In this document: positions 13,185-26,121 of the stretch, piece by piece | Layout of the letters: the number at the start of each line of letters is the position of its first letter | Numbering within the stretch: the stretch's first letter is position 1 | Assembly: GCA_038087875.1 (NCBI GenBank) | Contig: CM075991.1 | Span: 6,386,001 to 6,450,000, forward strand | DNA: 64,000 nucleotides | Direction: 5' to 3' | Origin: Malacoraja senta | Lineage: Eukaryota | Position numbers and translations under genes: made by a program | Notes under the pieces: generated by a model | What the model was told of the DNA's origin: nothing | Database searches by the model: none | The model's input: only the letters and a program-made list of their open reading frames with translations

Positions 13185-14438
13185 TAGGAATTTCATTGTT
13201 CATCTGGGACACATGACGATAAAACACTCTTGACTCTTGGCAATTTGTTGATAGTAGTAATTTGCAAATGGGATGATGGTAGCAGGGGGATCAAGACTGG
13301 AGAGGCAACAAGCTTTCTTAGGCTGGGAGGAAACAATTCCAAAATTTGGAACCCATTGGTGTAGAGGCAACCTATAATGAGTTGCAGGACTCTGCATGCT
13401 GAATAATTGTTTTTGTTTAATAAAGAAGAACGTTTTTTTTGCATGTTTTAAAATAGATTTTTATATCAAAACAGTGCACGTACACAGGTAATGCTGCTTT
13501 TTATAAACAGAATAAAGATCTCTCATCATGTTATATCTTTCTCCATTCATCCCATGGAAAACAATTTACATTTAATAACTTACAGCTCACTTCATATTTA
13601 ACAGGTCTTAAAAATAAAAGCTCAATAAATACTTGCTTTATGAACAAAACCTCCCAGAAACTGGTCACAGTCTGCCTCGGGCAAATGCGAATAGACTTGA
13701 AATTATCATTGAGCCTAAAGCATTGATACGATATTCATGTGTACTCTATTCTAGCCAGCTGTTAATCTGTTTGAAATAAATATAACAAGGCCCGCAAATT
13801 TGCATTGTACACTTTTGTTCTTTGTAAATCAAGGTTCATGTTTTTCACTATTTTTTTTCTTGTTGTTCATTGTTCGAAATACATCCAAAAAGACTCGACG
13901 GCCATTTAACATTGTGCACTTTCCTCCAGCCAGCAGCTAATTTAATATAAATCTGTAAGGAAAAGGGATAATCTCTTGGAGCTGAGGGAAGGATATTAAT
14001 AATGTTGCAGTGCACCAGAATGGTTGATAGGAGGGTACTGTTGACTTGTCTATATTTGGATCAAACAGCTCTGTGATCTGCTATTGGCAATGTTGGCAGG
14101 TGAACACATTCTCAAATGGACTTCTTCTTTGGACTATTTTGGTGCTAAAACAGTGGCACTTCACAAATGCATTAAACTTTTGTCAGCTGGTAACACTACT
14201 TGATACTGCAATCCTTTCAATGGATAGGACAGGTTTAGAGGGATATGGGCCAAACGCAGGCAGGTGGGACTAGTGTAGAAGCGGCATGTTCGTCAGTATG
14301 GGCACATTGGGCCAAAGAGCCTGTTTCCATGACTATGACTATTGTGTATAATCAAACCTGTTTCTACCTGTGAAAAAGGTTTACCCAAAATGTCTTGTCA
14401 ATGTAAGGGTACTTTGCACATTAACTTTGTCTGCAGAA

Positions 14439-14538
<100 letters not shown>

Positions 14539-14811
14539 GAGGGAAGGTTTCTATGTTTAATCAAAGTCCAAGAGAGACTCCACCATTTAGTGTATTTGCA
14601 GTTTGTTGATGGCTGAACTTACAGAGGGGAAAAACCTTCCACTATAGTCCATGTAACTGTGAAGCCATTTATTTTGAAGGTTTTTTTCTGAAGCCACTCA
14701 GAGTCATTGTACAAACATAATAGGTCAAAAGTTTTTTGCTTTAAAATGAACAAAAATAGATTTTTGATTGGATTTGCAAAATGAAACATTTTGATACGAA
14801 AGCGTGAAAGC

Positions 14812-15085
14812 ATGTATCATCAGATTCAAGAACAGCTTCTTCTCTGCTGTTATTAGACCCTTGAACAATCCTCGTATATGTAAGGTTGAATTGCTGATCT
14901 TCCAATCTACCTTGATGCAGCCCTTGCAATTTTTTTATCTGCACTTTCCCTGTAGCTGTAATATTGTATTCTTCACATGATTTATTTTTCTCTCTTCCAC
15001 TATGATCTGCCCTCGACAGCACGCAAGGACATGTTTCCATCATATCTAGGTACATGTGACAATAATAAATGAATAATAATAACCA
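14812..15085 (+). mobile_element. Rex1/Babar-like LINE 3' end (a minus copy lies at ~36510-36660)
   Basis: RFKNSFFSAVIRPLN; tail GTACATGTGACAATAATAAA. Confidence 0.7.
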
Positions 15086-18000
15086 ATAACATTATTGATA
15101 TTATCTTAATTCATCTTACCATCCAATAAATTATATGGGATGTCAGATTTTTGACACAGACATAGTCAAGATTACATTGGGTTGGTATTCACTCAAGTGA
15201 TTCAGACCGTGTCATGCAAATTGTGCAGAATGCACTAGAAGCTGTTCCCTTATCACCCATGGCAAATAGCTTTGGCCTGCGTGTACAAAAGTGGTGCGAC
15301 TCAGTATAGTGTAGAAGAGAAGAGTTAACGTCAGTCGCACTTCTCCAAGAATTTGACAACGTTGCGGCTCAGTATAAATAAAGTGACAGGGCCCAGTGTT
15401 TCTCAGCTCCAACGCCTCCTTATCTGGTGCTTCAGTTCCCAGGTTGGCATGGATCGGGAAGAGCATGTGATAGCACGGAGTTGATTTTAAACTGACGGAA
15501 AGGATTGTGCACAAACAACTTTGACAAGAAGCTAAAAGAGGCAACCCAAGCAGAAGAAAATCCCCGACCTCCTAAATAATCTCTGTTAGGATCCATGAAA
15601 ATTAAAGTATTATCCAGTGGGTCTGAAGGCTCTGCAATTCTGCAGCATCTTGCAGCAGATGAAGTACCTGGAAGTGCTATTACTGTAATTGTGCAAGAAT
15701 GTTTGCAAGAAGGCTATTCTCAGGAATGGAACAGGAATACTTGATTTTTAAACACAAGGATTTTGGAATAGTGAAATCGTAGTAAGGGGGTGCCCACCTT
15801 CATAGTCTGAGAAGAAGCAAATCCATTCATCGCACTCCTCGCTATAGTGGAATTGCCAAAGTTACTTTTTATAACAGTGGGTAGTTGGAAGAGTGAATCT
15901 GGATTTCAGAATCCTGCCATGATCTTTAATTTCCCTAACACCTTTGATAGCTGTTTGATAATAGCTTTACCAGAGGGATTATAAACATAAATTAGTTCTT
16001 GTTTGTAGATTTTATGTAAATAAAAAAGGAATCTTGGTGAACTGTGCAACATTCTGGTCAAATTTGTTAACCTGTTATTACAATTTAAATAGATACCAAT
16101 TGATTGATTCCAATTGTTGCATATTTTAACATTAAATTGACACATTAACGACAATGAGAATTCAATGAAAATTGTTATAAATGTGTAATGTCTGGGTTGA
16201 AATTCTGCATTGGACGGTCAACTGCTCAAGGCCAATGACTAAAGGGGTCATTCAAGGTTAGATGACAAAACAGACATGCTTTCTACAGTATCGCAGGCCA
16301 GCTGATGGTCAAAAGAGCATCAAGCAAGCTGGTGCCATGTGCCATGTTGCTATCAGAACTAATATCACATACTGCTTTGAACACGTGATCCTGTTGTGTT
16401 TAAAATGGATCAAAATCAATAGATTTCGGATAAGAAGCATTGATCAACAGGTGATGATAGCATCATCTGGCTTGGAGCTCTCATTGAGTTCATTTTTGGA
16501 AGAGAAGATGATGTGAATCTACACCATCAATAGCTTGGTTCAGTCCATCTATTGTTTGTATGTTGCCTGTTACTCCACTTGGATGGGACCCAGAAACAAT
16601 GAAAATACATGTGTCAATATTAATTTTTCTTCATTGAGCAGAAATACATTCAGTCCAAACCATAATGATAATTTTCCATTATGGTGTTACTTTTAAAGGA
16701 CAAAGCAGGTGAGAGCCTCTCCCTGTGAAAAGTTTACTGATACCAAGGGTCTGTAACGTTATTAGGTACAGGGCTATTACAGTGCTGTACATATTACAGT
16801 GCTATTGAAGGTCTCTCTCTTGAAACTGAATAAGGCTGACCAAGTCTCATTATCATTCGAAACTAATCCAATATGATGATATTACCCTTTAAAAAAAAGC
16901 TTTTTTTGTTTAATGCAAGGCAGTTTATGCATGGATTTACATTTAAAGACATTTTATCTTTACAAATATATACAAAATCAACACATATTAAAGTCACAGA
17001 AACCCTTTCTGAGAATCATCTTCATTCACAGTCAAGGGGAAGGGACTATCATGTCCCCATAATGAGAGTCCCGCAGAACAGGTATTTTGATTTGTATTGA
17101 TAATAATCTCATGGATTTGGAGCACAGGAAATGATAACAGTTATACAGCAAAATATTCCATGTGAAGGCTTCGTTGTTTTCTGAATCACTGAACTCCTTG
17201 TACCTGTTTCTCGTCTATCTTCTGCTTCTCAGCAACACCACATAGCTGGTTTCAACGTCACATTGTTAACGTCCAGCCACAGCCCAGCTTCTGTGCCACT
17301 CTATATCCAGCCCAAAATGCGTCAACATTGCCTCCACTCGAGTGTAGGAAAGATTGAAGCTACTTTCTTCAATTCCCATGACCAGCTGTTTTTCCCCACT
17401 TACCATCCCAGACTGTTTGTGATCTTAAAGGTGTTGTTTGACAACTGAGCTGATCCAATATCTTCCTAGTCACTAAACGTCAATGGCTCCCAACCTTTGG
17501 GAAAGTAAACCCCACCGACTCAGACTTGAACTCAAACGGTTCTCTCCATGAAAATGCTAATGGTGTCGATATAGTTTTACTACAACTCTATGTAGTTTTG
17601 TTTAGTTTAGAGATACAACATGGAAACAGGCCCATCGGCCCACTGAGTCCACGTCGACCATTGATCACCCGTTCACAACAGTTCTATGTTATTTATCCCA
17701 CTTTCACATCCACGTCTTACATACTAGGGGCAATTTACAGAGACAAATTGACTTACAAACCTGCACGTCTTTGAGATGTGGGAGGAAACCAGAGCACCCG
17801 GAGGAAATCCACGCGGTCTCCGGGAGAACGTGCAAACTCCGCACAGACAGCGCCCGAGGTCAGGATTGAACCAGGGTCTCTGATGCTTTGAGGCAGCAGC
17901 TCTACCAGCTGCTCCACTGTGCCACCCAGTTTATCTGCTGTTAAAATTCTCTTCTTCTTTCAGACCATATGTTTCCAATCTTTTCCTGTTCTCCCACTTT

Positions 18001-18289
18001 CTGCTGGCATGCATTTAAAAATTCCCTTCCTGCATCCTACCTCATACCAAATCTCTTCAATCATCACCTCCCGCTCACTCACGTACATTGAGTCTTGCTC
18101 CAGCATCTCCTTAATCTTAAAGTTCACTTCTGTATGATTAAGTCTCCCCATGTCCACATTTCCCAATTTCTCGATAACCATCCCCAGTGCTACAACTGAG
18201 CAGGAATTATACATTCCCTGACTTTATATGCAAAATAAAACACCACCCACTCTTGCCTTCTCTTTCCTCCTTTGAAACATTCCTTAAAA

Positions 18290-19165
18290 TATAGAAACAT
18301 AGAAAATAGCTGCAGGAGGAGGCCATTCGGCCCTTCGGCCATTCATTGTGATCATGGCTGATCGTCCCCTATCAATAACCCATGCTTGCCTTCTCCCCAT
18401 ATCCCTTGATTCCACTAGCCCCCTAGAGCTCTATCTAACTCTCTCTTAAATCCATCCAGTGATTTGGCCTCCACTGCCCTCTGTGGCAGGGAATTCCACA
18501 AATTCACAACTCACTGGGTGAAAACGTTTTTTCTCACCTCAGTCTTAAATGGCCTCCCCTTTATTCTAAGACTGTGGCCCCTGGTCTGGACTCGCCCAAC
18601 ATTGGGAATTTTTTTCCTGTAACTAGCTTGTCCAGTCCTTTTATAACTTTATATGTTTCTATAAGATCCCCCTCATCCTTCTAACCATATAACCATATAA
18701 CCATATAACCATAACAGCACGGAAACAGGCCATCTCGGCCCTTCAAGTCCGTGCCGAACATTTTTTTTTAAAATTAAAAATAAATACTTCCTCCTAGTCC
18801 CATCTACCTGCACTCAGACCATAACCCTCCATTCCTTTCCCGTCCATATACCCATCCAATCTATTTTTAAAGGATAACATCGAACCTGCCTCCACCACTT
18901 CCACTGGAAGCTCATTCCACACAGCTACCACTCTCTGAGTAAAGAAGTTCCCCCTAATGTTCCCCCAAAACTTCTGTCCCTTAATTCTCAAGTCATGTCC
19001 CCTTGTTTGAATCTTCCCTACTCTCAATGGGAAAAGCTTATCCACGTCCACTCTGTCTAACCCGCTCATAATTTTAAAGACCTCTATCAAGTCCCCTCTT
19101 AACCTTCTGCGCTCCAAAGAATAAAGACCTAACTTGTTCAACCTTTCTCTGTAACTTAGTTGTGA
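18290..19165 (-). mobile_element. Two adjacent CR1 LINE 3' fragments
   Basis: LGLYSLERRRLRGDLIEVFKIM...TRGHD...FFTQRVV..WN.LP; tails (TTTCTATG)n and (ATATGGTT)n. Confidence 0.9.
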
Positions 19166-19721
19166 AACTCCAGTGAAACCTTCCTGACCACGCTTTTGGT
19201 CACTATCTGAATGCGTTCCTTTTTTAAAATCCTGATAGCTATTGTTGCCATTATTACCATGGAATATTTTAATATGTGGAAACTAAAACTGGAAAAATAT
19301 AGAAATCCTGAAATTACTCAGCAGGTGATGAGGGAAACAATTAAACGCTCCAGATTAAAATCCTTTTATCAGAACTGGGTCATCATCCTGAATCATTACT
19401 CTGATTCCTGCTTACTCTCATGTTTAGATATTCTCTCTGTCATGTTTATCCCACCAGCCACACTCTCTGCAACATCAAATTGCCGTTTTCACCTCTCTTT
19501 CTCAGTTCTGACAAAGTATCTCAGACTTGTAACATTAACTGTTCCTTTCCACAGATATCACCCAGTCTGCTGAGTGCTTCCTGAATTTTCTGTTTCTATT
19601 TGGATTTCCAGCATGTGCAGGTATTTGGAAACACATTTTCATGCTCCTTAGTTGTTAATTGCCGACTATTTCCAGAATATTTTGTTTATATTGCAGGTTT
19701 CCAACTTATTTCTGTTTTGGG

Positions 19722-19900
19722 CCAGGTAGCATCTCTGGAGAACGTCAATAGGTAACGTTTCGGGTCGGGACCCTTCTTCAGACCTGACCTGAATCGTCAC
19801 CTATCCATGTTCTCCAGAGATGCTGCCTGACTCATTGAGTTACTCCGGCATTTTGCGTCTTTCCTTGGTAAACCAGCACCTGCATTTCCTTGTTTCTACA
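19722..19900. mobile_element. Penelope-derived fold-back unit with near-intact hammerhead
   Basis: Inverted arms; core on minus at 19751-19784. Confidence 0.85.
19751..19784 (-). ncRNA. Minimal type I hammerhead ribozyme motif
   Basis: GGU-CUGAAGA-A-GGGUC(CC)GACCC-GAAAC-GUU-ACC: conserved core, stem II, minimal stem III, GGU/ACC stem I. Confidence 0.7.
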
Positions 19901-20734
19901 TCTTTTTGTTTAGCATTTATGCTAAATAAATGCAAATTATTCTTTGGTTCGTTACTACAGGTAGGAGTTTACCTCTATTGTTTGATGTTGGGAATAATAT
20001 TATTGAATAATATTTGGCTTAAAAGAGTCCTAAAATTTGCAAATTCATATCTGAAAGGTAGATTAAAGCAATTCAGCTACATGCAATGCAGCCCCATTGC
20101 TACTCTGCTGTGATCAATGGTTATTTATCCTCGCAGTTCACGTTCTTGCAAAATGAACGCGGACTCTAGCCATTTATGAGAACCGAAAGGTAACTTTCTT
20201 TATCCTAACCCTAAGCCTGGAAATTTAACTAACGGTGTAGGAATGGTAGTCTGATTGTCAGGAGATAAAAGAGTGAAACAATTTGTTTACTTAAAAAAAA
20301 AATGTTAAATTTAATTAACCAGAACATTTCAGAATTAATTTATCTTTGTAAAATACAAAATGTTTAAAGGGGTTGGAGAAAAAGTCTGTACTTGGAATAA
20401 AGCAAAAACTCCAATGTGGAGCACGGGCAAAGAGTTAAATTGCCTTCTCCAATACCCCAACCTCCGTGTTACTGACTGATGCTCCGACACTCTTCCTGTT
20501 TCTTTGTAAGGTTATCGGGAGCATGTTCTCAGTGGAGCTAGCTTCTGTGACTTTATAAACACAGTAATCTTTTTTTTTCAGCAACAACACTCTTTATAAA
20601 TCTAGAATCCAGCTGTACATCCTTAAATAAACTTCTTAAATAGGCAGCACGAGATGTACACATTTACAATCTTATTCATTAAATACTTTGAAATTGATAT
20701 ATATTAGAGTTATTTTTCTGGTTGCCCTTCTGGA

Positions 20735-21681
20735 CTATCTGCAGCCACATTCTGCCACCACCATACCTTCATATTTGAACTTGTACGTGACCACACCTGC
20801 ATCATCTAGATAGAGGATTGAGATGGGGTCCAATTTTGTGGGAACACAAGAGGCTTTAGCTGCCATTTTAGGGTTGCGAATATTCACCAGAGTCTGAACA
20901 ATGGCGTGCTTAGTTGGTGTGACATGCTCAGTCAATGGATAGTAGCAAGAGCCTTTGCATTCGTAAGCTTCGTATCCGGTTGGGGCTATGATCCATGAAT
21001 CCCACCCGATGTCTTTAAACTCCACGTAGAGGGGACTCCGCTTGCAGTAATTCCCCCTGGCATTCCTTCTGATCCTTGAGGAGGTATCGTAGAGCATGTT
21101 TGACCGTCTTTGCAACATGGCTTCTTCGTTCAAGTCAGCGCCTAGATTCCCATTCCCCAAGCTCTGAAACACCACATCTTGCTCGTGGTCAATCATCTGC
21201 TCCAGTTCTTCGATGGCCTCCTTCTTAATGCTGTTTCTATCATCAGAGAACACTATTAGTAATGGCACATGCTTGGTCTTGGGTTTCATGTCGATATCAA
21301 GATCACCATCTTCAAGCTCTTCCTCTTCCATGTTTTCAATGTGCACTTCAAGTCTGTGAGTGGTCTGCTCAGACTTTGACCATCTCAAGATAGCTCCCGT
21401 CACATCAAAGGTCTCCCAACCACTGTCTCTGCCATAAATCTGTCTTTTTGCCAATTGTACTTTTCCTTGATGCTCTTCATCGGTGTCCCCCTCAACCTCC
21501 CCTTCACTCACTTCGTAGATGGTGACTTTCCTGTCCACACCTTCATACATTCTCCTGTCCCTATCGACCAAGGTGTACAGCCGTAGTTCAGCCATGGTGA
21601 TTTCTTCATGGCGAGGCACAGACACGTTGAACAGGAGAGAATGGATCCTGACATCGTTGGTTTGGTTGGAGACTGAAGTGT
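20735..21681 (-). CDS. BMP10: Bone morphogenetic protein 10, coding exon 2 (prodomain, furin site RIRR, mature TGF-beta domain)
   Basis: Acceptor TTTATGTTTTCCAG|AC restores [38 protein letters not shown]...[23 protein letters not shown]; spliced CDS 1281 nt = 426 aa; RIRRNA.GNYC and [11 protein letters not shown] distinguish BMP10 from GDF2. Confidence 0.96.
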
Positions 21682-24002
21682 CTGGAAAACATAAATAATT
21701 TGCCAAAACATGAAACGTGAATTGCAAAATTGAGATTACATCTTACTTAGAATATTTATAAGAAACTTTCAGGCCACAGAATAATCTCTACTGGACACGT
21801 GGTTGGAGAAGCTTGGATGACAACTGAAGGAGACTAGGTTCAAGTTTCAGATAGGAGTTTAAAGCTAACACAAGCAATGTTAGGTGAATTTATTGAAGGT
21901 AGTCAAAAAGCTGGAGTAACTCAGTGGGACACACCGATCTCTGGAGAAGGAATGGATGACGTTTCAGGTCGAGACCCTTCTTCCGATCTATTGAAGGGAT
22001 CAGCAACCTCTCTGTAGAATATAATTTGATACAAATAAGTGATGATTTGTGGGTTGCCACCATACTATGAAGTTTTGTAGACTAGGTTGGTTTTCCTTTC
22101 AATAAAGGAGTCCAAGGGGAATTTGTTGCTGGCTACACGGCACCACTGTTACGCTGCTCCAGCAACCCGGTGGGGTTCCCTGATGGGCTCTGATTTCTTC
22201 TCACCTTCTAGACATGTGTTGGTCAATAAGTTAATTGGCTGCTGTAAATTACCTCCACCGTAGGAAAGTCAGGGTGGTGTTAATTGCTGTGTGAGTGAGA
22301 ATAAGTTACAGGGAAATAAGCAGGGGTGGCAATGCCCTAGAGAGCCAGATAGACTTGATGGACCAATTGCCTCTAATACAGTAGATAATTTAATAAAATG
22401 AAGCAAAAATACTAAAAATTAGCTGTGGTGTGTAAAGCTTTCATAGCCAGCATTTTTATCCACCTTCGATTTTTCTAGCATCCGCACTTCCTTCTTAAAC
22501 ATAGCCCCAGACAAGATAAGCAGAAAGGACCAAGAGCTGGGAAGTGATATTAACCTGAAGTTTAAAATTGTCTGGCATGTAAATAGTGGACAAAGGGTCA
22601 GCTTCAGCACTGAAGATTCAAATGTTAGCGCAATTCCACATGGAAATCATGAGTATTTCATTGAAGAATCCTTTTGTATGGTCACAGTACAAAAAGATTA
22701 ATATTTTGAGAAAAAAACATTTTAAGTGTAATCTGTAGTCATTACAGCAACTGTAATGACTGCATATATTATGCACTCATTGTATCACGAGAATCTCAGA
22801 TTGTTATAGGTTGATTCCCCGGGGATGCAGGGAAGGAAGGAATATAGATTATCTGCAGACAGATAAGAGTTGATCTTGGCAGCATGTTCAGCACAGACAT
22901 GGTTGGCCGAAGGGCCTGTTCCTGTCCAGTACTGTTCAATGGTTGTCATTCCATTGAATCTTATTTGACACCCATGAAGACTCACAGGGTGTTTTAGCTG
23001 CATTAAAGGAGATAGTTGTTCTTAAAGCATTCTCATTGCAAACAATGATTTGGGTAGACAGGGTGAAAACGGAAGTATTTCAATGTTTTGATTAGGAAAC
23101 TATTGGCTCCTCTTGCTCGGTTACATCCTCTAGTCTAAAACTGTTGTTGTTGGATGTTAACTTGAATATGAACACCTTTTGTGAAGTGTCAAGATGAGCA
23201 TTAGATCTAAGATGGGACAAGAGATCTTCCATACTATAATCATTCACTACCATATACTACTAGTTACATGGTTGGATTCAGAATCGCAAGGAAAACTGAC
23301 ATTTTCATTCCATTAAAAAGGACACAGTGCTGGAGTAACATAATTCATAAACTAAAATCAAACGCAGCAGGTCAGGCAGCATCTCTGGAGAACATGGACA
23401 GGTGACGTTTCCCCTTTTTCAATATGAACGAGTTATATAAATGGACGATTGTTATTTATGTCACATTGTGACAGCAATTTGTATCCTTTCGTGTATTAAC
23501 CATCATCTGCAATTCCCTGTTCCTACATTTTCATTCGATTTTCAGCTTCCAGTGTGTGCTGAATAATTGGGACGGGGATTAGTCGTATGGGCTACAATCG
23601 CTTCCTATTTCCTAATTTCATTTCCCCTTTTCTGACTCGTATATTTTCCCCACAAGGCCAACATTGACTCGACAGAAATATTAGCGGTAGTGTTACTCAG
23701 CGCGACACACACCGAAAAGCATGCGTCAGGACTTTGGCAAACTCCGAGTTAAACCAACGATGTCCCCATGATCTTTCAGTTTTTCATACTTCTTGAATGA
23801 GACCACTGTAAGGCCGCCTTGTTTCACTTTACTGAAAGACTGTTTCTAGTCGATAAATCTAACCCTGAAGATTGGATGTGTGAATTGTAACTTCTTCCCG
23901 CCCTGGCTGAACCGGGAGGGAAATCCCTGCTGGAAACATCAATATTTGCTTTAGCAAGGTAAGACAATTCCAGGCTAACGAAAGTGCAACAGACGAAACA
24001 TA

Positions 24003-24150
24003 CTCCAGTGATGCTCCCTGACCCGCTGAGTTACTCCAACATTTTGTGTCGAGTCTGAAGAAGGGTTCCGACACGAAATGTCACCTTTTCCTTTTCTCCA
24101 GAGATGCTGCCTGACCCGCTGAGTTACTCCAGCATTTTGTGTCTATCTTC
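24003..24150 (+). mobile_element. Penelope-derived terminal repeat, partial tandem, in BMP10 intron
   Basis: Two direct copies of GATGCT.CCTGACCCGCTGAGTTACTCCA.CATTTTGTGTC around CTGAAGAAGGGTTCCGACACGAAATGTC. Confidence 0.8.
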
Positions 24151-24973
24151 AGGCTACTTTCAATTCCTACGTGCTTTATCTACTACAAGCCGATGCGTGT
24201 ATAAACAATGCTTCCTCTATACAAACAACTTTTCATTGCAGTTTGCGAACAGTTTAATTGCTAATAGACTTTAAATGTCAGAAGCGAGAGAGGCGAAAGG
24301 AGTTCAATTATTGTACCATGTCAAGGCAGTGTTTTTCATTTCATAGCAAGAGGCAAATTCCATCCTTGATAGCGGCTCATATATCAGTACACGACCTGTA
24401 CTTTCCCCACCCACCCATCTTCATTGGAAAGTTGTAACAAGACAGAATTTCGTGATCGCTTGCTACGTTTTTCGTTTGCAGAATGAAATCAGAACTTTTC
24501 AAAACCAGATGTTTCCTCGATGTGACATATTGTGATGCACTTTAAAAAATATAACATGCTCTATTTTTTTTTTTGCGGTGCTGAGTTAGTGAGGACGCAA
24601 AAAAAAGTCCACACACACACATTCACCGCAAAGTCATCCTTCAAAATTTCTTCCACAAGTTATAAGGGACGTTTTATATTAGTTTATGGCGGGGGGAAAA
24701 AGCTGGGAGTTAGCAGATAGGTTCGAATTGCGTAGCGCCTAATCGTTTTTATTCATGATTTCAACTTTTTACCTTTAACATATGACTTCCAAAACAAAAA
24801 GCCATTTGATTCTGGAGAGGTCCCATCTATAATGTGTAGGCTTTACCATCGATCCGATCTCAATAACTTTCCTTGGGGAAAGATACAAGATTGGCGGGGA
24901 GCATAGACCACGGGGACTTTGCAGCTCATCGTTGGATGAGTGGCATTGAAAACGCTGTCCACAGGTTGCCTAC

Positions 24974-25307
24974 CTTCGTTCTTGAAGCTCCTGACTATAT
25001 TGGAGGAAGGCATGGAGGTCCTATCATTTGCGAACCTGTTGTAGAGGTCAATCATGTACTCGGGTGCTTCCACTTTCGCTGCATCGATGGGTGGACTTCC
25101 CGATAGATTCAGGCTCTTCAGAAATTCTCCTTTCATGCTCGCCAGCAGCGTGTTGAAATCGACGGAGTCCTCCTCTTGAATATCGTCTTCCAACACGTAC
25201 CTGTTCTCTTCTTCCGTCGCGCCTGCACGGTTGTCGATGGGACTGCCGGCTGCCAAAGGTAGCAAAAGGCACAGGCAAGCAAAAACCTGCAGTGACAGGG
25301 AACACAT
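24974..25307 (-). CDS. BMP10: Bone morphogenetic protein 10, coding exon 1 (signal peptide + N-terminal prodomain)
   Basis: ATG at 25307; hydrophobic signal MCSLSLQVFACLCLLLPLAAG; motifs FLKSLNLS, PEYMIDLYNRFANDRTSMPSSNIVRSFKNE typical of BMP10/BMP9; phase-1 donor GAAG|GTAGG after 24974; 334 nt. Confidence 0.95.
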
Positions 25308-25640
25308 TATTATTGCTGTATGTGTGTGTGTGGTTTTTTTCCCCGTCTGCTGTTGCTGACCCTAAACAATCTGGACTATGTTTGACAGCTTCTCAAGCGT
25401 TGCTGTTTTATCCTCTGCAGAGGACCAGGCTGGTGTCATTCAAATGCAATGCTGACAATTTTTTGGAAAACCTTCCTTTACGTCTGTGGTCTCTCACTGT
25501 CCAAAGAAGCCAGCTCCCAGCAATTGGCCAGTGTGATCTCACATGGCACCCCCCCCTCCCTTATCTATCTGGTATATGCAGTGCAACTAGATGTTCTTAT
25601 CTTTAATCCTCTTCCTTAATGAGCATTCTGTAAACACTCT
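25308..25640 (-). promoter_or_regulatory. BMP10 5'UTR / proximal promoter
   Basis: Repeat-free region upstream of the ATG; two AGATAAG GATA sites on minus (25560-25566, 25596-25602); GATAAAA near 25405-25412; TAAACA/TGTTTGAC forkhead-like and GGTGTCA T-box-like motifs, consistent with a cardiac gene. Confidence 0.5.
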
Positions 25641-25924
25641 CTCGTTTGGTTCCTGGCTAATGGAGAGGATGGTTTCCATGCTTTGAAGGAGGCACTGCCC
25701 TCTTCGTGTGTAGAGGCTAACAATTAAATCCAAGACACTGTATTAATTTTCTGCACAATTAATGCCTTCCCAAAGGATAGCATCTAAAAACTCTTGACCT
25801 CGGTGGCGTCAATTCTGCTCGTGGTATTTTAATATTAAAAAATAAATAAGAAATTATCTTTAAAAAACGATTAAAAAAGAAATAGTGAAACGATTACTTC
25901 AAGTTCCTAATATAAGGCCACCAT

Positions 25925-26121
25925 AGATAGACACAAACTGCTGGAGCAACTCAGCGTGACAGGCAGCATCTCTGGATAGAAGGAATTCAGTCTGAAGAAG
26001 GGTCTCAACCCGAAAACATCAACCATTCCTTCTCTCCAGAGATGCTGCCTGTCCCGTTGAGTTACTCCAGCATTTTGTGCCTATCTTTGATTCAAACCAG
26101 CATCTGCAGTTCCTTCCTACA
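25925..26121. mobile_element. Penelope-derived fold-back unit
   Basis: Inverted arms; CTGAAGAAGGGTCTCAACCCGAAA core at ~25992. Confidence 0.85.

Larger units (their letters stand above)
11885..13240 (+). mobile_element. Rex1/Babar-like LINE 3' end interrupted by Penelope fragment, (TA/TG)n and MITE
   Basis: SFFPTATRLLN at ~11893; tail GCAAGTAA|GAATTTCATTG...AAAACACTCTTGACTCTTG. Confidence 0.7.

Noticed and set aside
17919..18290. ORFs at 17919 and 17960
   Set aside because: Decayed L2 3' end (ITP.L..LHWL-like); a similar relic lies at 61300-62070
21682..21727. N-terminal [15 protein letters not shown] of ORF 20735..21727
   Set aside because: Intronic read-through upstream of the AG acceptor
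24843..24973. C-terminal extension of ORF 24843..25307
   Set aside because: Intron after the GT donor
20735..25307. GDF2/BMP9 identity (YLDDAGVV has BMP9-like spacing)
   Set aside because: [23 protein letters not shown] and the ANTXR1 neighbourhood favour BMP10
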